From Candidatus Sulfotelmatobacter sp. (lineage in GTDB: Archaea > Thermoproteota > Bathyarchaeia > Bathyarchaeales > Bathycorpusculaceae), in the NCBI GenBank assembly GCA_035297385.1, contig DATGZD010000049.1:5808-69807 (forward strand): a stretch of 64,000 nucleotides of DNA. The letters are read 5' to 3'. The notes below the pieces were generated by a model that was not told where the DNA came from, did no database searches, and saw nothing but the letters and a program-made list of their open reading frames with translations. The first letter of the stretch is position 1; the number at the start of each line of letters is the position of its first letter. Shown in pieces: positions 30,083 through 39,202 of this stretch. The translations under genes were made by a program, and so were the position numbers.

Positions 30083-30109
30083 ATTTTAGTGTTTTGTAAG
30101 CAACAGGTT

Positions 30110-30817
30110 CTAAGCGGTCGAAGAATCCCATAGAAATTGGAAGTATTCTCTGGCAAACCCAACCAGTCCCACATGGTTGCTCCAGATTATTAAACTTGGT
30201 TTCTCCTCACCAAGAAAGAGCATAGCTTCTTTACCATCTGCAATTATACCACCACCAAACATATGATCTCTAAATTTAAGCTCGGTAATTCCAACAATTT
30301 TCTTAAGAAAATGCCAGTCATCACTTTTTCCAGCGACTAAAATCTTCACAGCTACAGACTTCTTTATGTTGTTCAAGGGTAGTTCAATGAACGCAATCAA
30401 TGAACGTGTAAAAGCGGGTGCTGCGATCATAATTTCTCTGTTTGCTTTCTTCAACACTTCCTCAAATTTCGATACTATTGCTTGCTGTCCGTGAAGGATT
30501 AGTATGTCGGGTCGTTCTACCAATTCACGTTTCTCATAAAGTGGCTGCAATTCTTCCGCTAAACATCGTTCCCAGTTTTGATACTCATCATCTCGTTTGC
30601 GTCTTGCTGCAGCCACGGCTTCGAGAGGCGGAACAGGATAATACTTTGACGGACGTGTTTCGGTGCTCTTTATCCAGCATTTTTCTTTCAGTGAGTTTAA
30701 GACTTCGTAGATTTTACTGTAGGGCACTTTGGCTTCACGACTGATTTCTATAGCAGTCAATTGTCCGCCTTCAAGCAAGCTGAGGTAAGCATCAGTCTCA
30801 TAAGCGTTCAACCCCAT
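30110..30817 (-). CDS. TrmB-family transcriptional regulator (start possibly upstream, up to 30850)
   Basis: GLNAYETDAYLSLLEGGQLTAIEISREAKVPYSKIYEVLNSLKEK is the TrmB wHTH, followed by a TrmB-type C-terminal domain. The in-frame upstream codons read SISEEAREILRK with no canonical start. Confidence 0.8.
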   Translation of the reverse strand: MGLNAYETDAYLSLLEGGQLTAIEISREAKVPYSKIYEVLNSLKEKCWIKSTETRPSKYYPVPPLEAVAAARRKRDDEYQNWERCLAEELQPLYEKRELVERPDILILHGQQAIVSKFEEVLKKANREIMIAAPAFTRSLIAFIELPLNNIKKSVAVKILVAGKSDDWHFLKKIVGITELKFRDHMFGGGIIADGKEAMLFLGEEKPSLIIWSNHVGLVGFAREYFQFLWDSSTA

Positions 30818-30899
30818 CTTTCGAAGAATTTCACGTGCTTCCTCACTAATTGACGTATAGCATTCCCCTTTTTCACCTTAGGAAACGTTTGGAAACCTT

Positions 30900-30926
30900 A
30901 TTATGTGTTATACTATTCTTAAGCAC
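30900..30926. repeat. Repeat site 2: ATTATGTGTTA-tac-TATTCTTAAGCAC in the trmB-like/tes divergent promoter
   Basis: Exact copies of the two site-1 sub-elements, permuted. The site lies 12-38 nt upstream of the tes-like GTG/ATG and overlaps a TATA-like TTATACTATT. Confidence 0.8.
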
Positions 30927-30937
30927 TTCCTATCGTA

Positions 30938-32437
30938 GTGAAAAACATGCAAACTATCAAAAATACAAAAAGTATCTGCCCAGAATGTCTCAGAGCGTTA
31001 GATGCGACAATTTTTGAGGAAAATGGAAAAGTCTTCATAAAGAAAGAATGCCCTGAACATGGAGCCTTTCAAGAATTGTACTGGTCAGATTTTGAACAGT
31101 ACCAACGGGCAGAGAAGTTCAGGTACGACGGTAAGGGTATACAAAACCCGCGGACACAAACCGAAAAGAACTGTCCGCTTGATTGTGGGATCTGTCCTGA
31201 ACATAAATCACATACCGCTTTAGCAATTATTGATGTGACGAATAGATGTAACTTGACTTGTCCAGTCTGCTTTGCAAACGCCGCTGCAGCAGGCTATGTA
31301 TATGAGCCAACTCAGGAGCAAGTTGTTGGAATGCTAACGAATCTGCGGGCTACTAAACCAGTTCCTGCTACAGCCTTGCAGTTTTCAGGCGGTGAACCAA
31401 CTATTCGGAATGATTTGTTTGATTTGATTATGAAAGCAAAAGAAGTCGGTTTCAGACACGTGGAGGTTAACACTAACGGCGTGCGAGTATCTCGCGATGT
31501 TGAATATGCGAAGGGATTGAAGGCTGCTGGAATAAGCACTGTATACCTACAATTTGATGGTTTAACATCAGATGTGTACAAGTTTATTCGTGGTATAGAT
31601 TTACTCGATATAAAGATGAGAGCAATCGAGAACCTTCGTCAAGCAGGCTTCAACAGCGTGGTCTTAGTAGTAACTTTGGTAAAAGGCGTTAATGATAGTC
31701 AATTAGGTGACATCATAAATTTTGCTGCAAAAAACTTCGATGTAATTAGATGTGTCAACGTACAACCAGTCTCATTATGTGGTAGGTTACCACCACAAGA
31801 ACGAGAGAAAATGCGCATTACAATTCCAGACTTCATGCACTTGGTCGAAGAACAGACGAAAGGGGATATCAAGGTCTCAGATTTCTATCCGGTTCCCGTC
31901 GTCGTACCTGTCTCCAAAGCAGTTGGTTCGTTAAAGGATAAACAATACGTAGAGTTTACTGCTCATCCACATTGTGGGATGGCAACATTTGTTCTAGTTG
32001 AAAATGGCAAAATTACACCAGTAACACGTTATGGCAATATCGAAAAATTCAGAAACTCCCTTCTAAAAGTCTATGAAGATGCTGAAAAAGGAAGCAAGAA
32101 TAAAGCTAAGATACGACTCGTTGGAGCTGCCCGTCACCTGAAATTTAGTTTCCTAAGAAAATACGTGCTCAGTGTACTCATGGAAGGTGACTACAAGTCC
32201 CTTGGTGACTTTGCACGTACAGCGCTTATGATATCCTCGATGCATTTCATGGACCCATACAATTTTGATTTAGAGCGAGTCCAACGCTGCGTTATTCACT
32301 ACGCCGTGCCCGATGGTCGAATCATCCCATTCTGTACAATGAATAGTATCCATAGACCAGAGGTTGAGAAGAAGCTTGGTGTACCGCTTGAAGAATGGAA
32401 AAGTAAGCATAAGCTTGAAATAAGTCAACCTCAATAA
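30938..32437 (+). CDS. tes: Radical SAM enzyme of the MJ0619 family (Tes / GDGT-MAS-like tetraether lipid synthase candidate)
   Basis: N-terminal CPEC...CPEHG rubredoxin-like site. CPLDCGICPEH auxiliary cluster. CNLTCPVC radical SAM CX3CX2C, then GGEPT. C-terminal MHFMDPYNFD...CVIHYAVPDGRIIPFC. 499 aa. An alternative ATG lies at 30947. Confidence 0.65.
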   Translation: MKNMQTIKNTKSICPECLRALDATIFEENGKVFIKKECPEHGAFQELYWSDFEQYQRAEKFRYDGKGIQNPRTQTEKNCPLDCGICPEHKSHTALAIIDVTNRCNLTCPVCFANAAAAGYVYEPTQEQVVGMLTNLRATKPVPATALQFSGGEPTIRNDLFDLIMKAKEVGFRHVEVNTNGVRVSRDVEYAKGLKAAGISTVYLQFDGLTSDVYKFIRGIDLLDIKMRAIENLRQAGFNSVVLVVTLVKGVNDSQLGDIINFAAKNFDVIRCVNVQPVSLCGRLPPQEREKMRITIPDFMHLVEEQTKGDIKVSDFYPVPVVVPVSKAVGSLKDKQYVEFTAHPHCGMATFVLVENGKITPVTRYGNIEKFRNSLLKVYEDAEKGSKNKAKIRLVGAARHLKFSFLRKYVLSVLMEGDYKSLGDFARTALMISSMHFMDPYNFDLERVQRCVIHYAVPDGRIIPFCTMNSIHRPEVEKKLGVPLEEWKSKHKLEISQPQ

Positions 32438-32471
32438 ATTCCCGAATTAACAATAAGGAAGCAAGAATAGA

Positions 32472-32804
32472 ATGGGTGGAAAAAAGAAGCTCGGCTTGAA
32501 ACAAATGGAAAAACAGCAAGTCGACCAAGACTCTAAAACTAGTAAAGAGAAGAAGAAAGAAAAAGCTGGTCCACCGAGAGAAAAAAGAACCATTATAGGC
32601 GTAGTTGCACCTGACGCTAAGAATGATAGAAACATTGCTGAAATCAAGAAGATGAATGTATTAACTCCATATGGTGTAGCTACAAAATTCGGTGTCCGAA
32701 TAAGCGCAGCTAAAGATTTCTTAGAACAGCTCGAAAAAAATGGATCTGTTGAACTCGTCTCAGGTAGCCACAATATAAAGATTTACAAACCCGTCGCCGC
32801 ATAA
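32472..32804 (+). CDS. rps25e: Ribosomal protein S25e
   Basis: 110 aa. Lys-rich N-terminus followed by LTPYGVATKFGVRISAAKDFLEQLEKNG (wHTH of eS25). Confidence 0.85.
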   Translation: MGGKKKLGLKQMEKQQVDQDSKTSKEKKKEKAGPPREKRTIIGVVAPDAKNDRNIAEIKKMNVLTPYGVATKFGVRISAAKDFLEQLEKNGSVELVSGSHNIKIYKPVAA

Positions 32805-32844
32805 CATTTTTCTCTTGTTCTTCTTCAAAACTGTTTGAGGATAA

Positions 32845-33333
32845 GTGAAAACTATGGATTTCCCTGAAAAAGTCTATACCGAAACTGAACATAAAATAGC
32901 AAAAAAGTTAATCGAGGAAGGCTACAAGCATCATTTAGAAGTAGAAGGAGAAACTGTCTTCAAACAGAAAGTAGATCAAGTTCTGGAATTAATAAGACGG
33001 GCAGGATACTATGAGTTCTTCCGAACCTACATAAGACAGATAAAAGAAATTGATGGGTTGACTCAACTTCGCGAGACAGAAGTTGCTATCTGGGCAAATA
33101 AATTCGCTGTTGAGAATGCTGTTGATGCTGCTAGTCTCTTTATTCAGAAAGCCTATCATATGAAACAATACGTAGACGGTGAACTCTATTATGGTGGCAA
33201 CTCAGAGAAACAAACGGTTGAAAAACGTGTAGAATTCTTGAAGACATTAAAGAACAAGACTGATGATAAAGAAATAAAAGATGAATGTGAAAGACTTCTT
33301 CAGATGTGGGCTGAAAGCTCCTTAGCTCCCTGA
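32845..33333 (+). CDS. Hypothetical protein
   Basis: 162 aa (GTG at 32845, or ATG at 32854). Helical and Tyr-rich, with no recognisable motif. Confidence 0.45.
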   Translation: MKTMDFPEKVYTETEHKIAKKLIEEGYKHHLEVEGETVFKQKVDQVLELIRRAGYYEFFRTYIRQIKEIDGLTQLRETEVAIWANKFAVENAVDAASLFIQKAYHMKQYVDGELYYGGNSEKQTVEKRVEFLKTLKNKTDDKEIKDECERLLQMWAESSLAP

Positions 33334-33792
33334 CTGCTCCACTCTGATCCTTGTCCCACTCTTAACTTGGCTGAACAATTCTAAATTTTTTGTGATTTTT
33401 CCCAGAATACTTACGGGACTGTAAGGTTGTGATTTTCCATAGAAAATACACAGCGCGCTGCCCATCGGCCAAAATGCAATTGTACCTGTTTCTACTGTTG
33501 GTTTAGCTTTTTCTTCACCCAGCTTGAGAGGAATCTCAAAGTATACTTCTTCTTTCCATAAAGCTGCTCTACCTTCCACAGGTAATTTCCTAACAATAGT
33601 ATCTATTGTTCGAGGTGCCATGAATCGAACTAGCTCTCCTTCAGCTTCTCCTAGTCCTTCAATGAGGAATTTCACTTTGATACGTGAAATGCCTGTATCA
33701 ACTGTTTCGTTTTCATGTTCCTCAGAAAGACCCGTACGTGATTCCTCAGGACAAAAATAATACTTGATGTTCAATTTAACTCTTACAGTCAA
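33322..33792 (-). CDS. Cyclophilin-like fold protein (TM1367-like)
   Basis: The core RIKVKF...WKEEVYFEIP...GTIAFWPMGSALCIFYGKS resembles the cyclophilin-like family. The 36-aa N-terminal extension from the TTG start is uncertain. Confidence 0.55.
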   Translation of the reverse strand: MTVRVKLNIKYYFCPEESRTGLSEEHENETVDTGISRIKVKFLIEGLGEAEGELVRFMAPRTIDTIVRKLPVEGRAALWKEEVYFEIPLKLGEEKAKPTVETGTIAFWPMGSALCIFYGKSQPYSPVSILGKITKNLELFSQVKSGTRIRVEQSGS

Positions 33793-33800
33793 AAGAGAAA

Positions 33801-34964
33801 CTATTCGACTTTGACCGGGCGTTTAGTCTTGTAATCTGTGATTACAGTCATTCCATATTTCATTAGTGTAGCATCCAAATCAGTGTCCCCAGTGTCAACC
33901 TTAAGTCCATTGAGGCTTCTCAATTTACTTTCTGTTGCGATTACGATTATATTATCCAAACCAACTTGCCGAATCACTTTTGAGCTTAATTGTTGGTTTC
34001 CTCTGCCAAATATAAAACCTTGACCACCAATTGGTGTAACGATTATCTTTGCTTTTTTGTCGTCGATGGTTTTGAGGATTTGCTCTTCATTCACATCTTG
34101 CGCCACTAATTTTTTGTTAAGAAAAAGATCTGCACCTAACAAAGTTTTCTTTACGTCTAACAAATCAGCAATAGCACGTGTTGTCGTACCAGGTCCGATT
34201 ATGTAGACTGTGTCAGGCGCCATCTCTTCAATTATATAGACTGCTATAGCGGCTTGATTTCGTAGTTCACTTTCTGTTATTGGACTCGCCAGCTTATTTG
34301 CTTGGATAAGACTAGGCTCATATGGTGTCAATGTATAACCATAGAGTTCTGCAGATAAACGGCCTTCTCGAAAAGCTTTTTCATCTACGTCCATGACTTC
34401 TACTTCTTTCAACGGCAAATGTCCAAGCAGAAATCTTGTGGCAACTCTTGCTGCAGCCTGTGGGTTAACGGCGAAAACGCCACTGTGCATCTTTACTCCA
34501 GTGGGAACTCCTAAAACTGGAAACTTAGTGTCGATTGCATTGAGTATATCTCTTGCAGTGCCATCACCTCCACAAAAAACTAGTAGGGTTATGTTTTCGA
34601 CTGCCATCATCCGTGCTGTTTCTCGTGTGTCTTCTGCAGTAGTTTTAGTTTTTCTTTTGCCCAAAATGTTGTAATCAAACCCGCACGCTTTAGCCTCATC
34701 CTCACCGAGTGCGCCAGCGCCAAGGAGGAGCTTAACGGATACTCTGGCTTGTCGTAGTTCGGACAGGAAGGTTTCAGCCCTTATCGGTGCAACAGGTTTT
34801 GCGCCTAATCTGATAGCTTCATTTAAGATTCTACTTCCATCTGTGCCCTTCAATCCAACCGCGCCACCCATTCCGGCGATTGGATTAACTATTAAGCCCA
34901 TAATCTTCGTTGGGCTCTCGCTTCCGTCACTGGCTGCATCAGTTTTGGACATAACTACAGACAC
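33801..34964 (-). CDS. ATP-NAD kinase-like protein (COG3199-like)
   Basis: GLIVNPIAGMGGAVGLKGTDG and FCGGDGT motifs. 387 aa. TAG stop. Confidence 0.75.
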   Translation of the reverse strand: MSVVMSKTDAASDGSESPTKIMGLIVNPIAGMGGAVGLKGTDGSRILNEAIRLGAKPVAPIRAETFLSELRQARVSVKLLLGAGALGEDEAKACGFDYNILGKRKTKTTAEDTRETARMMAVENITLLVFCGGDGTARDILNAIDTKFPVLGVPTGVKMHSGVFAVNPQAAARVATRFLLGHLPLKEVEVMDVDEKAFREGRLSAELYGYTLTPYEPSLIQANKLASPITESELRNQAAIAVYIIEEMAPDTVYIIGPGTTTRAIADLLDVKKTLLGADLFLNKKLVAQDVNEEQILKTIDDKKAKIIVTPIGGQGFIFGRGNQQLSSKVIRQVGLDNIIVIATESKLRSLNGLKVDTGDTDLDATLMKYGMTVITDYKTKRPVKVE

Positions 34965-35064
34965 ACAAGATAGTTAGATCAAAGCATAATAAAAATGGAA
35001 TTACAAAACTGAAAGCATAATGAACAGAAAAGAATAGGAGAGAAAAGTTTTAGAACAAGAGAGA

Positions 35065-36480
35065 TTAGAGAGTCTCGCAACTGCCTAAGAATTTCTTGTT
35101 GACGTCCGCCAACCATGGGTATAGTTTACTCAACTTCTCCATCGATTCTGCGACTTTCTCGGTTGGGTATTCGTAGGGTTGTAGTCTGCCGCTGAAGTAT
35201 TCATCGTAGGCGCCCATATCAAAATAGCCGTGGCCACACAGCAAGAATAGTATAGTCTCTTCTTTTCCAGTCTTCTTGCATCGTAACGCTTCGTCGATTG
35301 CGCCTTTAATCGCATGTGATGGCTCAGGTGCGGGTATTATACCTTCAGCTTGGATGAATTGTTTAGCGGCATCGAAGACTTCGACCTGGTTGAACGCTTC
35401 AGTCTCTATTTGTTTCTCGTTTGCTAACACACTTATGGTTGGAGCGATACCGTGGTAACGTAGTCCACCGGCATGTATTGGTGCGGGTATAAAATCGTGT
35501 CCTAAAGTATGCATTGGGACTAATGGTGTTATCCTTGCAGTGTCACCGTGATCGTATACGTATTCACCTCGTGTGACTTTGGGGCAAGCTGTAGCTTCAG
35601 TAGCAACGAACCTGCATCCTTTTGGTGCTTTCTTTGCGATTTTATCATGGTAGAAGGGCCAGATCATACCTGAGAAACTACTGCCCCCGCCGATACAACC
35701 ATAGATAACATCAGGATAATCATCAACCATTTCCATCTGTTTCTGGGTTTCTAAACCTATAACAGTTTGATGTAACAATACGTGGTTAAAGACGCTACCT
35801 ATGGCATAGTTGGTTTCTGCCTCGTTGACTAGCGCATCCTCAACAGCTTCGCTAATGGCAATACCTAAGCTGCCTTTGTTGTTTGGATCTTCTTGGAGAA
35901 TCTTTCGGCCACTTGCAGTTTGCTCGCTTGGACTTGCGTACACATCAGCACCAAAAGCATTCATCATCATCTTTCTGTATGGCTTCTGATCATAGCTTGC
36001 ACGAACCATGTAGACAGTGGCTTTCAGGTCGAACATCATTGTTGCAAATGCCAATGCGGAGCCCCATTGTCCGGCGCCTGTTTCTGTAGATAAGCGTTTT
36101 GTGCCTTCTTTCATGTTATAGTAAACCTGTGGTACAGCAGTGTTTGGCTTATGACTTCCGGCTGGGCTGGTGCCTTCATATTTGTAGTAGATTTTGGCAG
36201 GAGTTTTCAACAATTTTTCTAGCCCGATAGCTCTGAATAGAGGTGTCGGTCTCCAGATTCGGTAGACCTCTCGAACTTCGTCAGGAATATCAATCCATCG
36301 TTCTTGACTCATCTCTTGACCCAAGATTGCTTTAGGAAAGATTCGAGGAACGATTCCTGCGCCTGGAGCCTTCGTCTCCACATCGATGAAGGGTGGAAGA
36401 GGCTTTGGTAAGTCAGGTGTTATGTTATACCATTGTTTTGGTAATTCATCTTCACTCAGCATTATTTTTCTAGTAATCAT
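35065..36480 (-). CDS. TrpB2-type tryptophan synthase beta-like PLP enzyme
   Basis: [26 protein letters not shown] (PLP lysine context) and GCIGGGSS. I prefer the ATG at 36480 ([19 protein letters not shown]), because the 48 aa upstream look non-coding. Confidence 0.85.
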   Translation of the reverse strand: MITRKIMLSEDELPKQWYNITPDLPKPLPPFIDVETKAPGAGIVPRIFPKAILGQEMSQERWIDIPDEVREVYRIWRPTPLFRAIGLEKLLKTPAKIYYKYEGTSPAGSHKPNTAVPQVYYNMKEGTKRLSTETGAGQWGSALAFATMMFDLKATVYMVRASYDQKPYRKMMMNAFGADVYASPSEQTASGRKILQEDPNNKGSLGIAISEAVEDALVNEAETNYAIGSVFNHVLLHQTVIGLETQKQMEMVDDYPDVIYGCIGGGSSFSGMIWPFYHDKIAKKAPKGCRFVATEATACPKVTRGEYVYDHGDTARITPLVPMHTLGHDFIPAPIHAGGLRYHGIAPTISVLANEKQIETEAFNQVEVFDAAKQFIQAEGIIPAPEPSHAIKGAIDEALRCKKTGKEETILFLLCGHGYFDMGAYDEYFSGRLQPYEYPTEKVAESMEKLSKLYPWLADVNKKFLGSCETL

Positions 36481-36635
36481 GTTACCTTCCTCGTCGCTGG
36501 GTTGTGGAACAAACCTTAATGCTTTATTTAAGGCTTTTGTGTATATATATGTACTTCTAAGTTCCAAATAGAGGACAATTATGATAACACATTTATACCT
36601 TACTGAACAAAAACGTACACACAAAGGTCACACTC

Positions 36636-37139
36636 ATGTGGGATGCTATCAAGAAACATTTTGAAGGACATTCTGAACGTCTAAGAATAGTACGCGTCTT
36701 ACTCGAGAATGGGCTAAGCGTAAGAAATGGAAAACTCTGTCTAAATGAGATTGAAATTCCACCTGTCCGAATCGCTCGAGTTGCTGGAGTAGACAGACGA
36801 ACAGTACTCGAAACCTTACATGCCATTGAAGCTACTGCTGAGTTAAGGATGATTTTTGAAGAAATTCGACCTGCAGGAGCTTCACTGAAAGAAATTGCCA
36901 GACATCTTAACTTGGGCGTGGTAGAAATCACTGTTATTGATCCAAAAGCACATGGAATCTTGGCGAATGCGGCTACAATACTTACCAAGGGTGGCTTAGG
37001 TATTCGACAGGCGATTGTGGATGATCCAGAATTATCTCCTGAACCAAAGCTCACGTTAATCGTCGACAAGAAAATTCCTGGAGAACTTATCCCAGAATTG
37101 TTAAGTATTGTAGGAGTAGCCAAAGTTTCAGTGTGCTAA
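36636..37139 (+). CDS. Predicted amino-acid metabolism regulator with a C-terminal ACT domain (COG2150-like)
   Basis: 167 aa. HTH-like N-terminal half and an ACT-like GVVEITVIDPKAHGILANAATIL. Divergent from TrpB2. Confidence 0.65.
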   Translation: MWDAIKKHFEGHSERLRIVRVLLENGLSVRNGKLCLNEIEIPPVRIARVAGVDRRTVLETLHAIEATAELRMIFEEIRPAGASLKEIARHLNLGVVEITVIDPKAHGILANAATILTKGGLGIRQAIVDDPELSPEPKLTLIVDKKIPGELIPELLSIVGVAKVSVC

Positions 37140-37264
37140 TATGTGATCAGACTATTACATTGATAAATCATGGTTAAATCTAATTCATTGCATCATTCTC
37201 ATAAAAAGACTTATATTGCAAAGGTGTTTTTTGTTGTTCGCACTTAAAAGGAGTTCGATTTGAT

Positions 37265-38929
37265 TTGTCAGTTAATGCACAAGCAGGTGGAGTACCCGTT
37301 CTAGTTTTAAAGGAAGGTTCAAGTCGATCCCGTGGAGAAGAAGCTGTGCGCGGGAATATCACGGCGGCAAAAGTTATTGCCCAAAGCGTTCGTAGCGCTT
37401 TAGGTCCAAAGGGCATGGATAAAATGCTAGTTGATAGTTTTGGTGACGTAACTATAACCAGTGATGGACGCACAATCTTGGATGAGATGGATGTGCAGCA
37501 TCCAGCTGCAAAAATGTTGGTTGAAGTTGCTAAGACTCAGGATAATGAAGCTGGTGATGGCACGACTTCAGTTGTAATTATCGCGGGTGAACTTCTGAAC
37601 CGTGCTGAAGAACTCATGGATAAGGATGTCCATGCAACTATAGTAATTGATGGCTACAGAAAAGCCGCTGAAAAAGCTCTGGAAACATTAGAGAAAATAG
37701 CCATAAAAATTGATCCTAAATCTTCAGAGTATCTACAAAAAGTCGCCATGACATCTATGGGAAGCAAGCTTGTTGCCGATTATAAAGAGTATTTAGCAGA
37801 TTTAGCTGTAAAAGCTATGCTCGAAGTAGCAGAGAAGACTGGCACAAGCTGGAGAGTAGATGTTGATGATGTTAAAGTGGAGAAGAAGACTGGTGAATCT
37901 CTCGGGGATACTAGCCTTGTTAATGGCATCGTTCTGGATAAAGAAATTGTTCATTCAGGCATGCTTAAGCGGATGGAAAAAGCAAAGATTGCGTTACTCG
38001 ATACATCGTTGGAGGTTGAGAAAACTGAGTTTGATGCAAAACTAAACATTGAAACTCCCGATCAGATTGAAGCCTTTCTCAACCAAGAAGAAGCCATGCT
38101 CAGAGCAATGGTTGATGAAATAGTTGATGCGGGAGCTAATGTTGTTATTTGTCAAAAAGGAATTGATGATTTAGTTCAGCATTTTCTGTCAAGAAAAGGT
38201 ATAATTGCTGTTAGAAGGGCTAAGAAATCAGACATGGAAAAACTGGCGAAAGCTACAGGCGGAAAAATAGTAACCAAATTGGATGAAATAACATCCTCTG
38301 ACTTAGGCTACGCTGAACTTGTAGAGGAACGCAGAATCGGTGACGATAAAATGACATTCGTTGAAGGATGTAAGAACCCTCAAGCAGTAACAATTCTGAT
38401 TAGAGGTGGGTCCGAACGATTAACAGCGGAAGCCGAAAGATCGCTGCACGATGCGTTATGCGTAATTCGAGACCTCATTCAAGAACCGCGGGTTGTTGCT
38501 GGTGGTGGCGCCCCAGAAATGGAAATGTCTAAGGTGATACGAAAATACGCCGAAACGTTGTTGGGTAAAGAACAGTTGGCTGCTCGAGTATTTGCGGAAG
38601 CTTTAGAAGCAATTCCTGTAACACTATCAGAGAATGCAGGTTTACAACCCATTGACATCATATCCGAATTGCGTTCTAAGCATGATGCTGGTGAAATCTG
38701 GGCTGGAATCGATGTACGAAAAGGAAAGACTCAAGACATGGCAAAAATGGGTGTTTTTGAACCGCTTACTGTTAAAAAACAAATCATAAAATCAGCCTCC
38801 GAAGCTGCAACGATGATACTAAAGATTGATGATATAATTGCTGCTGGCAAGATGAAAACTCCTCCAGGACCACCAGGCGGTGAGGGAGGAATGCCTGGTG
38901 GAGGATATCCAGGGATGGGGGAATATTAG
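37265..38929 (+). CDS. ths: Thermosome subunit (group II chaperonin)
   Basis: 554 aa. [15 protein letters not shown] and VAGGGAPE motifs, with a Gly/Met-rich tail [17 protein letters not shown] start after AGGAG. TAG stop. Confidence 0.95.
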   Translation: MSVNAQAGGVPVLVLKEGSSRSRGEEAVRGNITAAKVIAQSVRSALGPKGMDKMLVDSFGDVTITSDGRTILDEMDVQHPAAKMLVEVAKTQDNEAGDGTTSVVIIAGELLNRAEELMDKDVHATIVIDGYRKAAEKALETLEKIAIKIDPKSSEYLQKVAMTSMGSKLVADYKEYLADLAVKAMLEVAEKTGTSWRVDVDDVKVEKKTGESLGDTSLVNGIVLDKEIVHSGMLKRMEKAKIALLDTSLEVEKTEFDAKLNIETPDQIEAFLNQEEAMLRAMVDEIVDAGANVVICQKGIDDLVQHFLSRKGIIAVRRAKKSDMEKLAKATGGKIVTKLDEITSSDLGYAELVEERRIGDDKMTFVEGCKNPQAVTILIRGGSERLTAEAERSLHDALCVIRDLIQEPRVVAGGGAPEMEMSKVIRKYAETLLGKEQLAARVFAEALEAIPVTLSENAGLQPIDIISELRSKHDAGEIWAGIDVRKGKTQDMAKMGVFEPLTVKKQIIKSASEAATMILKIDDIIAAGKMKTPPGPPGGEGGMPGGGYPGMGEY

Positions 38930-39193
38930 AACACGTCAGAACAAGAAAAAGTAACTGTCGGCCCACCGAAAATAACAAGATTTGAAAAAGCCAGGATAGT
39001 AGGCGCAAGAGCGCTTCAAATATCTATGAGCGCGCCAATATTGATTCAAGTGGAAGGAACAGAGTTGTCGAGTCCCATTGATATTGCATTGAAAGAATTG
39101 GAGAGCGGCATTCTGCCAATCACCATTAGACGAACACTACCTGACGGAACCTTCCAAGATATCCCATTAAAATGGCTTGTACCGCAAGCCTAA
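38930..39193 (+). CDS. rpoK: DNA-directed RNA polymerase subunit K (Rpo6); start codon undetermined
   Basis: Hand translation gives ...VTVGPPKITRFEKARIVGARALQISMSAPILIQ...IDIALKELESGILPITIRRTLPDG...*. The gene is absent from the ORF track because no ATG/GTG/TTG precedes the conserved core. The coordinates span from the first codon after the thermosome TAG to the TAA at 39191-39193. Confidence 0.8.
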   Translation, partial: NTSEQEKVTVGPPKITRFEKARIVGARALQISMSAPILIQVEGTELSSPIDIALKELESGILPITIRRTLPDGTFQDIPLKWLVPQA

Positions 39194-39202
39194 GTGTCTC
39201 AA

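Noticed and set aside
32447-32773. 108-aa minus-strand ORF antisense to S25e
   Set aside because: It is a shadow of the Lys-rich (AAG/AAA) S25e coding sequence, and its Phe/Ser-rich translation is meaningless.
36481-36624. N-terminal extensions proposed by the ORF tracker for TrpB2 (48 aa), tldD (55433-55510), the ogt-like gene (2396-2524) and glmS (14046-14054)
   Set aside because: The extensions translate to implausible Cys/Ile/Tyr/Phe-rich sequence, or overlap divergent gene starts. Family-typical N-termini begin at the downstream start codons I used.
36593-37123. 176-aa minus-strand ORF covering almost the whole ACT-regulator gene
   Set aside because: The sequence is low-complexity and Ser/Ile/Thr-rich with no motif. 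It is exactly antisense to a gene with a recognisable domain pattern, so it is a typical shadow ORF.
38927-38929. TAG at the thermosome/rpoK junction as a pyrrolysine or generally reassigned codon
   Set aside because: TAG terminates at least five other genes here at natural C-termini (ogt-like 3119, truD 4100, cdc48 7376, gdhA 20758, NAD-kinase-like 33801). No methylamine methyltransferase or pyl genes are in view. General reassignment is unlikely, but local readthrough is kept as a minor option in the finding.
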